64,000 nt of DNA from Patescibacteria group bacterium (GTDB lineage: Bacteria > Patescibacteriota > Minisyncoccia > Phycocordibacterales > PALSA-1337), in the NCBI GenBank assembly GCA_028865095.1, contig JAGWLA010000001.1:137806-201805 (forward strand), given 5' to 3'. The notes under the pieces are model-generated. The model ran no database searches. It saw nothing but the letters and a program-made list of their open reading frames with translations, and was not told where the DNA came from. Positions 39,952-49,966 of this stretch are shown piece by piece (positions within the stretch are counted from its first letter, which is position 1; each line of letters opens with the position of its first letter). A program made the position numbers and the translations under genes.

Positions 39952-41486
39952 AATTTCATTTTATCCCACCCTCTGGTGATAGGGAATCTCGATTCTCGCC
40001 ATTGTTCCCAGCCGTCGTCACCTTTCTCAGGAGGCCTCTTGGGTGGCAGGAGAGAGAACGGATGATATCCTTTATTTGACTTTGGCACTTCCGATGCGAC
40101 GAGGGAGAATGCATCACAGAGGTCGTCGTATCGTTCATTACCTAGATTAGTGATCTGTGAGATGAGTGTCTCATTACCTTTGTCAGCAAAGAGAACGGTG
40201 CCATTCTTTATATACGACGAAAGAACAGCGAGCCGCGATCGTTTGTCACCCTTGGATATGACTGAGTCGGCATTATATCCCTCAAGTTGCAATCTGTCTG
40301 CCGCGGAGACTTGATAGCCATTACCTTCGATATAGATCTTAGCCCTTCTATTTGCTTCCGTGGTGTCAGCGAGCACCTTGATCATGTCATAGCCCTGCAC
40401 TGAATTGAGGTGCTCATTCACGGGATTGGGCGCGATGTATATTCGAGTATGTTCTCTCCAGCCGAATACGTGAGCTACAACCATAGCGGTCTTGTCGGAC
40501 GTCTCGCTCTCCGACCAGGCAAGGTCGACGCCGATGAACGATCCGCGATATTGATTGTCGTGGGTCATTGGGGGCATGGCATGGTAATACTGGATCCATT
40601 CAGGATGGATAACTCTCTCGGTACTTGAAACGATGTGAAGCAGGAACTCTTGATGCCAGGCTCGATCATTGCCGATGCGCTTACGCTCAGCTTCGACTGC
40701 ATCCATGTCTGGATATTTGCTTTTCCAGAGTATATTGCCTGAGGCATCAATGAGCGGATACTCTCTGTACACACCGCTTCGTTTGCCGGCCTCGATCTCT
40801 TTCTTAAAGCGCATCATGATCGAATCCTCATGAAGGAGGGTGCCGAGAAGCACGATGCGCAGATTAGGCAGGTTTCCCGAAGGTATGGCATCCATGGTGA
40901 CCCAGTCATAGGTCTTGTTTCTGCCCTCGAGCGTCTTTACCGATTCGTCATCCTCGATATCGTCCAAGATGAGAAGGTCGGTGCGATACTGTTTGTATCG
41001 CATACCGCGTAAGCTCTGTTCGGTCGAAGCGAAGGTGATCTGCGCGTCATACTTGGTGAGGATGATTGATGAACCCCATTGTGATTCCTCCGTTCTGAAT
41101 GGCCCGAGGTCGTTTCGTAAGAGTTTGTTGCTTTCGAACTCGCGCTTAATGTTCTGGAAGTGCTGCTTGGCCTTGGCCTGTGTACGACTGACGATGATGA
41201 CCATCTTTTTCTCCGGCGCACCCAAGACCGACCAGATGGCAAGAGCGGTATTCAGTATCGCCGATTTGGCGCTGTTTCTGGCTGCCATGATGGTGATCGT
41301 CTGGTGTATCGGATCTTCCGCGAGATGGAACATCTCGGCATGGAAGGGTGCGATAGTGTAGTCGATATAGTGGCTTAGGTATGTACCAAAGAAATACCTG
41401 AAGCTTGTCCGAGTGATCTTGCGTCGCAGATTCTCATCATGCACCATGAGGTCGATGATATGTTTGATTTCCTTTTCAGTCTCCAT
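39948..41486 (-). CDS. terL: Phage terminase large subunit
   Basis: Walker A-like AARNSAKS, LRG, Walker B LLILDDIE, LGT, QEF, RNase H-like IGVDLA..D, YDDLCDA. Confidence 0.85.
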   Translation of the reverse strand: METEKEIKHIIDLMVHDENLRRKITRTSFRYFFGTYLSHYIDYTIAPFHAEMFHLAEDPIHQTITIMAARNSAKSAILNTALAIWSVLGAPEKKMVIIVSRTQAKAKQHFQNIKREFESNKLLRNDLGPFRTEESQWGSSIILTKYDAQITFASTEQSLRGMRYKQYRTDLLILDDIEDDESVKTLEGRNKTYDWVTMDAIPSGNLPNLRIVLLGTLLHEDSIMMRFKKEIEAGKRSGVYREYPLIDASGNILWKSKYPDMDAVEAERKRIGNDRAWHQEFLLHIVSSTERVIHPEWIQYYHAMPPMTHDNQYRGSFIGVDLAWSESETSDKTAMVVAHVFGWREHTRIYIAPNPVNEHLNSVQGYDMIKVLADTTEANRRAKIYIEGNGYQVSAADRLQLEGYNADSVISKGDKRSRLAVLSSYIKNGTVLFADKGNETLISQITNLGNERYDDLCDAFSLVASEVPKSNKGYHPFSLLPPKRPPEKGDDGWEQWRESRFPITRGWDKMKF

Positions 41487-41907
41487 GGTGATTGAGATTA
41501 GATGTTGGTAAGGTGACGAGGGTAAGGGCTCGGCGAACAAGCGCTTCCTGTTCAGGGGAGAGGACATATTCCTGTTCGACTGTAGCGGTGACTTGGAGCT
41601 TATTCGAATAATCAGGATGATGCTTCTCCAGCCAGAACTTGATAGCGCCCAAGTTCTTGTCTTTGATGGCGGAGATGAGCTGGGATATGGCGATATCGGA
41701 TATGAGGCTCTTGCCTTCGCTCATGGCTTTGTCGACCGCCGTGGCAAAGTCTTTGTCCGCTTCACGCCAGCGATAGAAGGTGGCTTTGGAGACGCCGGAG
41801 CGCTCGCAGGCGATCTGGATGACAGGATTCTTTTCCAAGATCTGGATGAACTGCTCCTTGTCCTTCTTGATCCTCGCATTCACCGCCTTACGCTGCTTTT
41901 CGTTCAT
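41476..41907 (-). CDS. HTH protein, putative terminase small subunit
   Basis: IQIACERSGVSKATFYRW HTH, AIKFWL; overlaps terL start. Confidence 0.7.
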   Translation of the reverse strand: MNEKQRKAVNARIKKDKEQFIQILEKNPVIQIACERSGVSKATFYRWREADKDFATAVDKAMSEGKSLISDIAISQLISAIKDKNLGAIKFWLEKHHPDYSNKLQVTATVEQEYVLSPEQEALVRRALTLVTLPTSNLNHHGD

Positions 41908-43225
41908 GGATTTTGACCGCTTTCTGGCCAGTTAGAAGCTGCCACCTTCGTCTGATAATCTCGGCGTAGACAGGGGACTTCTCCATGGTGTAGCAACGCC
42001 TGTGCATCTTGATGGCCGCCGCCCCTGTCGAACCGCTGCCGCCGAATGGCTCCACGATGAGATCATCGCGCTTAGTCATGACTTTGATGTAGGGAATGAG
42101 GATCTCTAAAGGCTTAGTGCCAAAGACGACACCTTGTCCTGATGACTTCTCATCAGCTGCCACATACTCGATGAAGTCGGTCGGCTGATACTTTTGACCC
42201 TTCTTGTATCCCTCCCAATGTGGTTTGCCTTGGATGGCATAAAGGGCAGTTTCATATTCGTTCTGGAAGATTTCAGCCTCGGGGCGCATATTAAGGCCGC
42301 GAGCTTTTTCGGACGATCCAACCATAGCGATATCGTGCTTGGAGAAGAGCTTGCAGGCGCCGGAGAAGCCTTGATTCCGGTTAGGGAGGTGCCAGACGAT
42401 CATGTTCCTGACTTTCCAATGCTTTTCCATCTCGCCCCAAATGGTGCGGATGTTCTTCCAGTTCTCATACACGATGATGTGGAAGTCATCCTTTGATATA
42501 TTCTTGACGCTCCGCATCCAGAGCTCCGTGAAGTTGTCAGGCAGGGAATCAGTCTCTAGATATCGTCTATCTCGCTTAGCTCCGAAGCCGGTCACGGCTG
42601 AGCCGTTCTTCTTTTTGCCGTGAAGATAATCTAAAATATAAGGAGGATCCGTCAGGCACATGTCGGCCTTCTCTCCATCAAGGAGCGTCTTCATGTCATC
42701 GGCTATAGTCGAGTCTCCGCACATGAGCTTGTTCGGTCCTATCTGCCAGACATCGCCCTTCTTGATCTCGATCGTCTTGATATCGAGCTTCTTTAGCTCC
42801 TTTTCAAGGTCGAATTGCTCGGGCGTATCGTCGTCCTCGAAGATGTGGTCAAGCTCTTCGCTCGAAAATCCGACCTCCGAGAGGAAGGCTTCGTCGAATT
42901 CAGCAAGCAAGTCGAAGTCCCATTCGCCGGTCGCTTTGTTGAGGCGGACGATCAAGTCCATCTCTTTTTTGCGGTCGGGGACGTTGATGTATACCACGGG
43001 CACTTCCTTGACCTTCATGCTTCGGAGCACGAAAGCGCGGAAGTTGCCGCCCAATATGACGCCCTTTCTGCTCGGGGCAGAGTTGACGATGAGTGGGTCG
43101 ATGATGCCGTGAAGCTCGAGACTCTCTTTGAGCTTCTCGGTCGCGACTTTCGACCAGTGACGCGGATTTTTCTCCGGGTGGCGGAGGGAGGCAAGGGGCA
43201 CGTACGCGATCTTGAGATCGTTCAT
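41888..43225 (-). CDS. ParB-like domain / DNA amino-methyltransferase fusion
   Basis: NPR..LKESL..GIIDPLIVN..GGNFR; LMCGDST, TDPPY, TKP, EPFGGSGST. Confidence 0.88.
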   Translation of the reverse strand: MNDLKIAYVPLASLRHPEKNPRHWSKVATEKLKESLELHGIIDPLIVNSAPSRKGVILGGNFRAFVLRSMKVKEVPVVYINVPDRKKEMDLIVRLNKATGEWDFDLLAEFDEAFLSEVGFSSEELDHIFEDDDTPEQFDLEKELKKLDIKTIEIKKGDVWQIGPNKLMCGDSTIADDMKTLLDGEKADMCLTDPPYILDYLHGKKKNGSAVTGFGAKRDRRYLETDSLPDNFTELWMRSVKNISKDDFHIIVYENWKNIRTIWGEMEKHWKVRNMIVWHLPNRNQGFSGACKLFSKHDIAMVGSSEKARGLNMRPEAEIFQNEYETALYAIQGKPHWEGYKKGQKYQPTDFIEYVAADEKSSGQGVVFGTKPLEILIPYIKVMTKRDDLIVEPFGGSGSTGAAAIKMHRRCYTMEKSPVYAEIIRRRWQLLTGQKAVKIHERKAA

Positions 43226-43693
43226 TGTTCTCATATGAGTATGGCTCTGTATGCGCATAGGGAAAAACCCAAGGCAAACAAAGCAGATTAGACGCGAGAT
43301 TTGGTTTTCCAACCTTCTCGTAGTAAATAATGCTTCTGTTTGTTTTCTTGGGATTCCTGACCGTAAATAGTCTGAGAATCCGGCCAAATCATATCAGTGT
43401 ATCCAAAGTCGGTAGCTTACGCTGCTTTCCCGGGAGCCGGTATGGTTTGTCTAAGCAGAGAAGTCTCCTCGGTGTTATCTTCGGATGCTTCTTTATCTGC
43501 TCAGCGACTGTATGTTCCTTGCAGTCGATACGCCGGTGCTTTTTTCGGTGTGAACTTTAAAAAGCGACGTTGATATAATTATAACGGTTTTGTGGAAATT
43601 TGCTAGCACTATTCTATTGCAGATTGTCATGAGCTATGCCGTTTTCTAGTTGTTCTTTTTCCGCTTCCTGTTCCGAGTCTGCTCCCAATATCT

Positions 43694-43738
43694 TGAGAAT
43701 AAGACACCAAAAATAGCCACGAAGACTGTCTCATTAGT
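43694..43738 (+). repeat. Left palindromic direct repeat of copper cassette
   Basis: TGAGAATAAGACACCAAAAATAGCCACGAAGACTGTCTCATTAGT; 37/45 identical to 51294-51338. Confidence 0.8.
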
Positions 43739-43745
43739 GGTTCAG

Positions 43746-44228
43746 TTACATTTCCGATTTCTTGATATATCTGTATTCATGCCAGGTGAGAAGTATTACG
43801 ATGGCATCCAGGATAGTTACACCAAGTACCCATAAAGAATGGCCAAGAGTGAATTGATATGTCTGATAGGCGATGAACGTGGCCAAGACGACCATCGTAA
43901 CTGGATAGGACCACAGCTTCTTCATCAAGAGTCCGACGACGAGGAATCCGATTATAAGCCCGTGGCTTATGAGATATAGCGCAGCCAAATGCTGAAATGA
44001 TACCGATAATTGTGAAGCGGAATGCATAACGTAGTTAGCGAAAAAATCATGCGGATCTTCGGCTAGCTCCTCGGCTGTGAGAGTCGTCGATAAACCGACG
44101 ATTGTAGTCTTGCTCACGAAAAGCACGATTATTCCGGAGACGACTTCCGAAAGCGCGTGCAAGCCTTTTGAGATGACGCTGATATCAAACAATCTTCGTA
44201 TAGTCTTTTCATTGAGAAGCTTGTCCAT
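43746..44228 (-). CDS. DUF2127-like membrane protein
   Basis: ISVISKG..EVVSG, ELAEDPHD, YLISHG, WSYP, WHEY. Confidence 0.75.
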   Translation of the reverse strand: MDKLLNEKTIRRLFDISVISKGLHALSEVVSGIIVLFVSKTTIVGLSTTLTAEELAEDPHDFFANYVMHSASQLSVSFQHLAALYLISHGLIIGFLVVGLLMKKLWSYPVTMVVLATFIAYQTYQFTLGHSLWVLGVTILDAIVILLTWHEYRYIKKSEM

Positions 44229-44272
44229 AAGCGAATCATACCACCTTTCCTAGTCCATTCCAGTTGTTCACA

Positions 44273-44302
44273 TTGACACCATATACCCTCTACGGGTATC
44301 AT
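44273..44302 (+). promoter_or_regulatory. Sigma70 promoter with CsoR operator
   Basis: TTGACA..TATCAT overlapping ATACCC-TCTAC-GGGTAT (44283-44299). Confidence 0.85.
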
Positions 44303-44308
44303 GAGTGC

Positions 44309-44575
44309 ATGAAGCAGAACATAAAGAAGAGCGTGAAGAGGCGCCTGGCCATAGCATCAGGCCAGATCAAAGGAGTCCAGGAGATGGTCGAGCAGGAGAA
44401 ATACTGCGTGGACATAATCACGCAGATAGAGGCCGTGCGCGAGGCCCTGTCCGGCGTCGGCAACCTCATTCTCCAGAACCATCTGGAGACGCATGTCGCC
44501 GACGACATCAAACATGGCAGGGAAAAGAAGGCTAACGACGAGATCCTGAAGATCTACAAGCTGGCGCAAAAGTAG
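44309..44575 (+). CDS. csoR: Copper-sensing repressor CsoR family
   Basis: RRL..ASGQIKGV..M..YCVDIITQI.A..L.NHL..H. Confidence 0.9.
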   Translation: MKQNIKKSVKRRLAIASGQIKGVQEMVEQEKYCVDIITQIEAVREALSGVGNLILQNHLETHVADDIKHGREKKANDEILKIYKLAQK

Positions 44576-44610
44576 TTTTATAAGCCATGTATCAAACTAA
44601 TCAAAATAAT

Positions 44611-45261
44611 ATGAAGAAGATCATTACCACTGCATTGTTCCTGTCTCTCGCGGCCGTCATCAGTCTAGTTTCGGTTCGTTCGACCAACGCCCAGATGATG
44701 GGTGGATACTACAGCCAAGCACCTGCCGCTTCAGCTACATCATCGTCCGGTTCCACGGCTATGGATTCTGAAGAAGCCGCGGGCCAAGCGCTGGCGCAAA
44801 AGTTGCAGGCTAAGACTGTTGACTGCTCGAACTTAACGCAAAACGACTACCAGTCTCTCGGCGAGTACTACATGAGCCTCATGATGGGTTCCGGCCACGA
44901 TGCCATGGATAACTACATCGTCAGCCGTTACGGACAGTCTTACGACGATCAAATGCATATAGCCATGGGCGAACGCTTCTCCGGCTGCAATGTCAATGTC
45001 TCATTTCCCGCAGGTATGATGGGCTTCGGGCCGATGATGGGAGGTTATGGCTGGAGCGGCAACGGCTATCAGAGCGGCCAGAATGGCAATTGGTCAGGCT
45101 ACGGTATGATGGGCTGGGGCTTTCCTGGAATGATGAGCGGTTATGGATTCGGCGGCGGTTACGGCTGGAGCGATTGGATATTCTCGATCGTCATATGGGC
45201 GTTCGCCATAGTCGGCCTTGTCGCGCTCATACGCTGGATCGCGCTTCGCAACAAGAAGTAA
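44611..45261 (+). CDS. Exported Met/Gly-rich protein with C-terminal TM (possible Cu binder)
   Basis: Signal peptide, MMG repeats, H/M-rich core, C-terminal anchor. Confidence 0.65.
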   Translation: MKKIITTALFLSLAAVISLVSVRSTNAQMMGGYYSQAPAASATSSSGSTAMDSEEAAGQALAQKLQAKTVDCSNLTQNDYQSLGEYYMSLMMGSGHDAMDNYIVSRYGQSYDDQMHIAMGERFSGCNVNVSFPAGMMGFGPMMGGYGWSGNGYQSGQNGNWSGYGMMGWGFPGMMSGYGFGGGYGWSDWIFSIVIWAFAIVGLVALIRWIALRNKK

Positions 45262-45297
45262 AGAGTAATATACTACATGGCGCAGGCTTACAAAAAC

Positions 45298-45681
45298 ATG
45301 AAAATCAAATCATCAACTATCATACGTATCGGTTTGGCATTCGCTTTTTTGGCCAATTCGCTCACAGCTTTCATCTCGCCTAACGACTTCAAGGAACTTT
45401 TGGATGCGACATTCATCTCAGGCCTGTTGCCATTCCTTGCCTCGCCGGCATTCATATATGTGATAGGTATCAATGACGCGTTGGTTTCAGTCCTGCTTTT
45501 TTCTGGAGGCAGACGAGCCAGAATCATAGAGTGGTGGGCGCTTCTGTGGCTCATCGGCGTGCTCATTATCAAGGCGACGGGAGGGAATTACTTCGATGCC
45601 CTCGAAGAGGTGGGCTTCGCAGCCATGGCTCTGGCCATCATAGTTCACGGCAGGCATACGCGCCAGGATATCCACAGTTGA
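45298..45681 (+). CDS. DoxX-like membrane protein
   Basis: IRIGLAFAFL, four TM segments. Confidence 0.55.
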   Translation: MKIKSSTIIRIGLAFAFLANSLTAFISPNDFKELLDATFISGLLPFLASPAFIYVIGINDALVSVLLFSGGRRARIIEWWALLWLIGVLIIKATGGNYFDALEEVGFAAMALAIIVHGRHTRQDIHS

Positions 45682-45706
45682 CATATATACCCTATGGGGG
45701 TATCAT
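45678..45706 (+). promoter_or_regulatory. Sigma70 promoter with second CsoR operator
   Basis: TTGACA-17-TATCAT overlapping ATACCC-TATGG-GGGTAT (45687-45703). Confidence 0.88.
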
Positions 45707-45712
45707 GGCCGC

Positions 45713-48073
45713 ATGAATGAGACAAAGCACATGTATACATGTCCCATGCATCCGGAAGTGAGACAAGACAAGCCGGGACGATGCTCGAAATGCAGCATGT
45801 TTCTGGTGCAAGAAGGCGATTCGTCTCATGGGTATGGTGATCACGGGGAACATCGGTCCGAGCAAGCTTCAAAGAACGAATCAGAGCACGATTGTTGCGC
45901 CAATCATGTTGAAAAGGCTATGAAGGACAATGGCCACGACTATCATCATGGTGCGAAATCGCCAGTAGCCGCTCCATCTGGATCCGGAATATTTTACACC
46001 TGCCCAATGGATCCGGACGTTATATCCGACAGGCCCGGGGAATGCCCGAAGTGCGGCATGGATCTGGTGCCCATGGATATGGGTGGTGCGAATGACAGTC
46101 ATGAAGGTCACACCGGTCACGGCCGCGGAGCAGAGCAGGATTTCAAACTACGATTTCTTATCACGTTGCCGCTCGTCCTTCTGGTCACGGCTCTGTCGCC
46201 GAACATAGAGAAATGGTTCCACTTCAACCTGGCTTTTCCCGGCATGGGATTCGTGACGTTCCTTCTCGGCGCATTCGTCTTCGCATACGGTGGCTGGCCA
46301 TTCTTCAAGGCGGCCAAAGGCGAGCTCTCGCACAAGCTTCCGGCCATGATGACTCTGGTTGCATTCGGCATCACGGTAGCCTTCGGATTTTCTGTAGCCA
46401 CCACGTTCCTGTTTCCTGGAGAATCGCTCTACTGGGAGATGTCAACATTGATCTCTGTCTTTTTGCTCGGCCATTGGCTCGAGATGCGGGCTGTTCGTGG
46501 TGCTACAGGTGCTTTGACGGAATTGGCCAAGCTCATTCCACCATCCGCCCATTTGATTGGAAGTGGCAATGTCAAAGAAGTCCAAACGAGCGAGCTTGCC
46601 ATAGGCAACCGCGTACTGGTGAAGCCTGGCGAAAAGATTCCAATTGACGGCAGAGTCATTGAAGGCGAGAGTTCCGTAAATGAGTCCATGATAACCGGCG
46701 AATCGAGGCCGATTTCAAAGAAGGCCGGCGACGCAGTTATTGGCGGCTCTCTCAATCAAGACGGATCGCTTACAATCGAAGTGTCGAAGACGGGTGCCGA
46801 TACGGCCATATCGCAGATAATGAAACTGGTTCGCGAAGCCCAAGGCTCCAAGCCGAATGTCCAGCACTTGGCTGATCGCGCCGCAGCCGTTCTGTTCTAT
46901 GTCGCTATGGTCGCCGGCATCGCCTCGTTCTCATTCTGGTACTTCGCCTCGCCACAAGGTGCTATATTCGCCGCGACAGTTGCCGTGGCGGCCATCGTTG
47001 TGGCTTGCCCGCATGCACTCGGCTTGGCGATTCCGACTGTTACGTCGATCACTTCGACGCTCGGCGCCAGGAATGGCATCCTTATAAAGGACATGAAAGG
47101 CCTTGAAGCGGCGCGCAAGCTCGATTATGTTATTTTCGACAAAACAGGAACTCTGACGAAAGGGGAATTCGGTGTTGCCGATGTTATTCTCGCTAAGGAC
47201 TCGAATATAAGCCGGAATGAGATGCTGAAGCTGGCTGCGGCCGTGGAAGTGTCGTCACAGCATTCTATCGGGAAGGGCATAGTCGACGACGCCAAGAGGA
47301 AGAACATAGCCATCCCGAGCGCCAAGGGTTTCAAATCATACCCCGGCAGAGGCGCTTCCGCTGAAGTAGATGGCAAGAATGTCATTGTCGGCAACAGGAA
47401 GCTCATGGAGGAATTGAATGTCTCGATCGATGAAAGTCCGGCCGCTGGATCGAAGATCGGCACGCCAGTCTATGTTGCGGTAAATAGCTCATTCGCAGGT
47501 GTGATCCTTCTGGAAGACATTATCAGAGACGAATCCAAAGCGACTATTCAAAAGCTGCACGACATGGGCATAAAGACGGCCATGCTCACCGGCGACACTG
47601 CGGACATAGCCGAAGCGGTCGGCAAGGAGCTCGGCATAGACACGGTATTCGCCCATGTCTTGCCCGAAGACAAGGTGAACAAGGTCAAAGAATTGCAAAA
47701 TGGCGGCAACATTGTGGCTATGGTCGGCGACGGTGTCAATGACGCGGCAGCGCTCACCCAGTCCCATGTAGGAATCGCTATAGGTGCCGGTACCGATGTA
47801 GCGGTTGCATCAGCTTCGATCGTGCTCATGAAAAGCAATCCATTGGATGTGGCCAAGGCAATCGCGCTTAGTCTAAAGACGAATTCTAAAATGGTTCAGA
47901 ATCTGGCTTGGGCTACCGGCTACAACGTTTTCGCCATTCCTGTAGCGGCCGGCGTCCTCTATCCGTCGCTTGGTATTCTCTTGAGACCGGAATGGGCAGC
48001 GCTCCTCATGAGCGCTTCGTCGGTAATAGTCGTCTTAAACGCTCTCCTCCTGCGAAGGGAAAAGTTGAGTTGA
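45713..48073 (+). CDS. copB: Copper-translocating P1B-type ATPase (CPH type)
   Basis: Two YTCPM domains, His-rich N-terminus, TGES, ACPHALG, DKTGT, GDGVND, YN, MSASS. Confidence 0.92.
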   Translation: MNETKHMYTCPMHPEVRQDKPGRCSKCSMFLVQEGDSSHGYGDHGEHRSEQASKNESEHDCCANHVEKAMKDNGHDYHHGAKSPVAAPSGSGIFYTCPMDPDVISDRPGECPKCGMDLVPMDMGGANDSHEGHTGHGRGAEQDFKLRFLITLPLVLLVTALSPNIEKWFHFNLAFPGMGFVTFLLGAFVFAYGGWPFFKAAKGELSHKLPAMMTLVAFGITVAFGFSVATTFLFPGESLYWEMSTLISVFLLGHWLEMRAVRGATGALTELAKLIPPSAHLIGSGNVKEVQTSELAIGNRVLVKPGEKIPIDGRVIEGESSVNESMITGESRPISKKAGDAVIGGSLNQDGSLTIEVSKTGADTAISQIMKLVREAQGSKPNVQHLADRAAAVLFYVAMVAGIASFSFWYFASPQGAIFAATVAVAAIVVACPHALGLAIPTVTSITSTLGARNGILIKDMKGLEAARKLDYVIFDKTGTLTKGEFGVADVILAKDSNISRNEMLKLAAAVEVSSQHSIGKGIVDDAKRKNIAIPSAKGFKSYPGRGASAEVDGKNVIVGNRKLMEELNVSIDESPAAGSKIGTPVYVAVNSSFAGVILLEDIIRDESKATIQKLHDMGIKTAMLTGDTADIAEAVGKELGIDTVFAHVLPEDKVNKVKELQNGGNIVAMVGDGVNDAAALTQSHVGIAIGAGTDVAVASASIVLMKSNPLDVAKAIALSLKTNSKMVQNLAWATGYNVFAIPVAAGVLYPSLGILLRPEWAALLMSASSVIVVLNALLLRREKLS

Positions 48074-48081
48074 TCAAAACC

Positions 48082-48462
48082 ATGAAGCGTCTTTCCATTA
48101 TCCTCATAATCTCTCTGATCATAACCGGCATATTCGGCTTCACGTCCATGAATCATTCCGGCGGCTGTGCCTTCGCGCCCGGCGGCAACAGCGATTGTCC
48201 GCCTACGGCCATAGGCATGATAATGCATCACGTTGATTCGTACCTACAGTTCTTTTCAGCCATGCCCATGGCGGCCTCTTTGTCTGTACTGGCCATGGCA
48301 TTGCTTGTTTTGTCCGTTTTCGACGTCTGGCCTCAAGGACTCAAGCCTCCGAAACTGTCTTTCACATTTGAACGTGTCCGTGACCGCGGGGCTGGATTCA
48401 TAAAAGATAGAGATTTTATACGTTGGCTCTCGTTATTTGAGAACAGTCCGTCCTTCGAATAG
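48082..48462 (+). CDS. Hypothetical membrane protein
   Basis: Signal/TM, C..C, MHH, ends LFENSPS. Confidence 0.55.
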   Translation: MKRLSIILIISLIITGIFGFTSMNHSGGCAFAPGGNSDCPPTAIGMIMHHVDSYLQFFSAMPMAASLSVLAMALLVLSVFDVWPQGLKPPKLSFTFERVRDRGAGFIKDRDFIRWLSLFENSPSFE

Positions 48463-48494
48463 ATTTTTGCTTACAAGCTTAATCTATTCGAAAC

Positions 48495-49007
48495 ATGAAA
48501 CCAAAAACCATATTCATCATTCTTGCTGTCTGCCTTGTCTTGGCGGGACTGCTCACATGGAGCTATATAAAGAGCGGCGCTAGTGCCGAATCCGTCCAGG
48601 GTGTCTCTCAGACTGGAGCCAAAAGCGCTCTTACAGCCACGACCACATTCTATGACCTGGGAAATATGCCTATAAACGGCGGAGAAGTGACCAAGGAATT
48701 CACGGTCGCCAATCCGACCGACAAAGATATATTCGTGAGCACGCTTATCACTTCGTGCATGTGCACGAATGCTTATATCATCGAGCCCGACGGCAGCACC
48801 AAGGGGCCGTTCGGCATGCTCGGCATGGGTTACGTGCCGCCGGCCGACGAAACTATCAAAGCCGGTGAAAGTCGGATCATCCGCGTGGTCTTCAATCCTG
48901 CCGCTCATGGCCCGGCAGGTCTGGGCATGATCGACAGATTCATCACTCTCACCGACTCCGCGGGCGGCACGCTTGTGCTGGAGATAAAAGGAGTCGTGAC
49001 GCCTTAA
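48495..49007 (+). CDS. DUF1573-like Ig-fold exported protein
   Basis: YDLG, FTVAN, TSCMCT, IKAGES, FNPAAHG. Confidence 0.72.
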   Translation: MKPKTIFIILAVCLVLAGLLTWSYIKSGASAESVQGVSQTGAKSALTATTTFYDLGNMPINGGEVTKEFTVANPTDKDIFVSTLITSCMCTNAYIIEPDGSTKGPFGMLGMGYVPPADETIKAGESRIIRVVFNPAAHGPAGLGMIDRFITLTDSAGGTLVLEIKGVVTP

Positions 49008-49011
49008 CACC

Positions 49012-49791
49012 ATGAAGAAACTCATTATAGGTTTAAGCGTACTTGCGGCCGCCATAATAGGCGTCGTCGTTCTGCAATACAGCTCTGGCTTGTCCGGCTT
49101 CCTGTGGAGCATGTCGGGCGGCGGTGCTTGGCTCTTGCCACTGGTTGCATTCTCGGCGCTCCTTGACAGCGTCCACCCGTGTTCGTTCTCCATCCTCCTC
49201 ATAACGATCGCATTTCTATTCGCCATGCAACTGGGTCGAAAGAAAATATTGGCAGTCGGCGGTCTCTACATAGTCGGCATATTCGCGGCTTACTTCGCTA
49301 TAGGCGTGGGCGTCCTGCAGGTCATACACCTGTTCAATACGCCGCACTTCATGGGTAAACTGGGAGCGGCTTTGCTCATCGGCTTCGGCCTGCTCAATAT
49401 CATCGACGCCATATTCCCGAAGTTTCCGCTCAAGCTGAAGATACCCGATGCGGCACACGCCTCAATGGGGAGGTTGATAAATGCCATATCTCTTCCAGCC
49501 GCGTTCGGCCTCGGCCTTCTGGTCGGCCTGTGCCAATTCCCATGCATGGGTGGTCCTTACCTTATGGTCATCGGCCTTCTGCACGATCACATGACATACT
49601 TCCGCGGCGTCGGCTATCTGTTCCTGTACAACTTGATATTGATCGCTCCTCTGGTCGCCACGCTATGGATCGCCGCCAATCAGACGATGATAGACAAGGT
49701 CAAGGAATGGAAGACGCGGAGCATGAGGAATGTGCATCTGTGGGCCGGCATAGCCATGATCATTATCGGCATAGCGGTGCTATACATCTAA
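49012..49791 (+). CDS. CcdA/DsbD-family thiol-disulfide membrane protein
   Basis: DSVHPCSF, CQFPCMGGPY, YN..P; six or more TM segments. Confidence 0.8.
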   Translation: MKKLIIGLSVLAAAIIGVVVLQYSSGLSGFLWSMSGGGAWLLPLVAFSALLDSVHPCSFSILLITIAFLFAMQLGRKKILAVGGLYIVGIFAAYFAIGVGVLQVIHLFNTPHFMGKLGAALLIGFGLLNIIDAIFPKFPLKLKIPDAAHASMGRLINAISLPAAFGLGLLVGLCQFPCMGGPYLMVIGLLHDHMTYFRGVGYLFLYNLILIAPLVATLWIAANQTMIDKVKEWKTRSMRNVHLWAGIAMIIIGIAVLYI

Positions 49792-49795
49792 GACC

Positions 49796-49963
49796 ATGAA
49801 TGCCAAAAAACGATTCAAGCTCGGCGATCTCATCGCCAAGATAACGAAAGCGCTCGGCATTCCTCATTGTCTCAAATGCGAGAAGCGCAGAGTCATCCTC
49901 AATGACCTTCAGGAAGCCGGATTGCAAGAGACTATCAAGAAATTAAAAGATTGTTGCAAATAA
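49796..49963 (+). CDS. 55-aa Cys-rich protein (not in ORF track)
   Basis: MNAKKRFKLGDLIAKITKALGIPHCLKCEKRR..KDCCK; fills the operon gap exactly. Confidence 0.6.
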   Translation: MNAKKRFKLGDLIAKITKALGIPHCLKCEKRRVILNDLQEAGLQETIKKLKDCCK

Positions 49964-49966
49964 ATT

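Noticed and set aside
39948-43225. Intact prophage
   Set aside because: No recognisable capsid, portal, tail, lysis or replication genes between the att repeats
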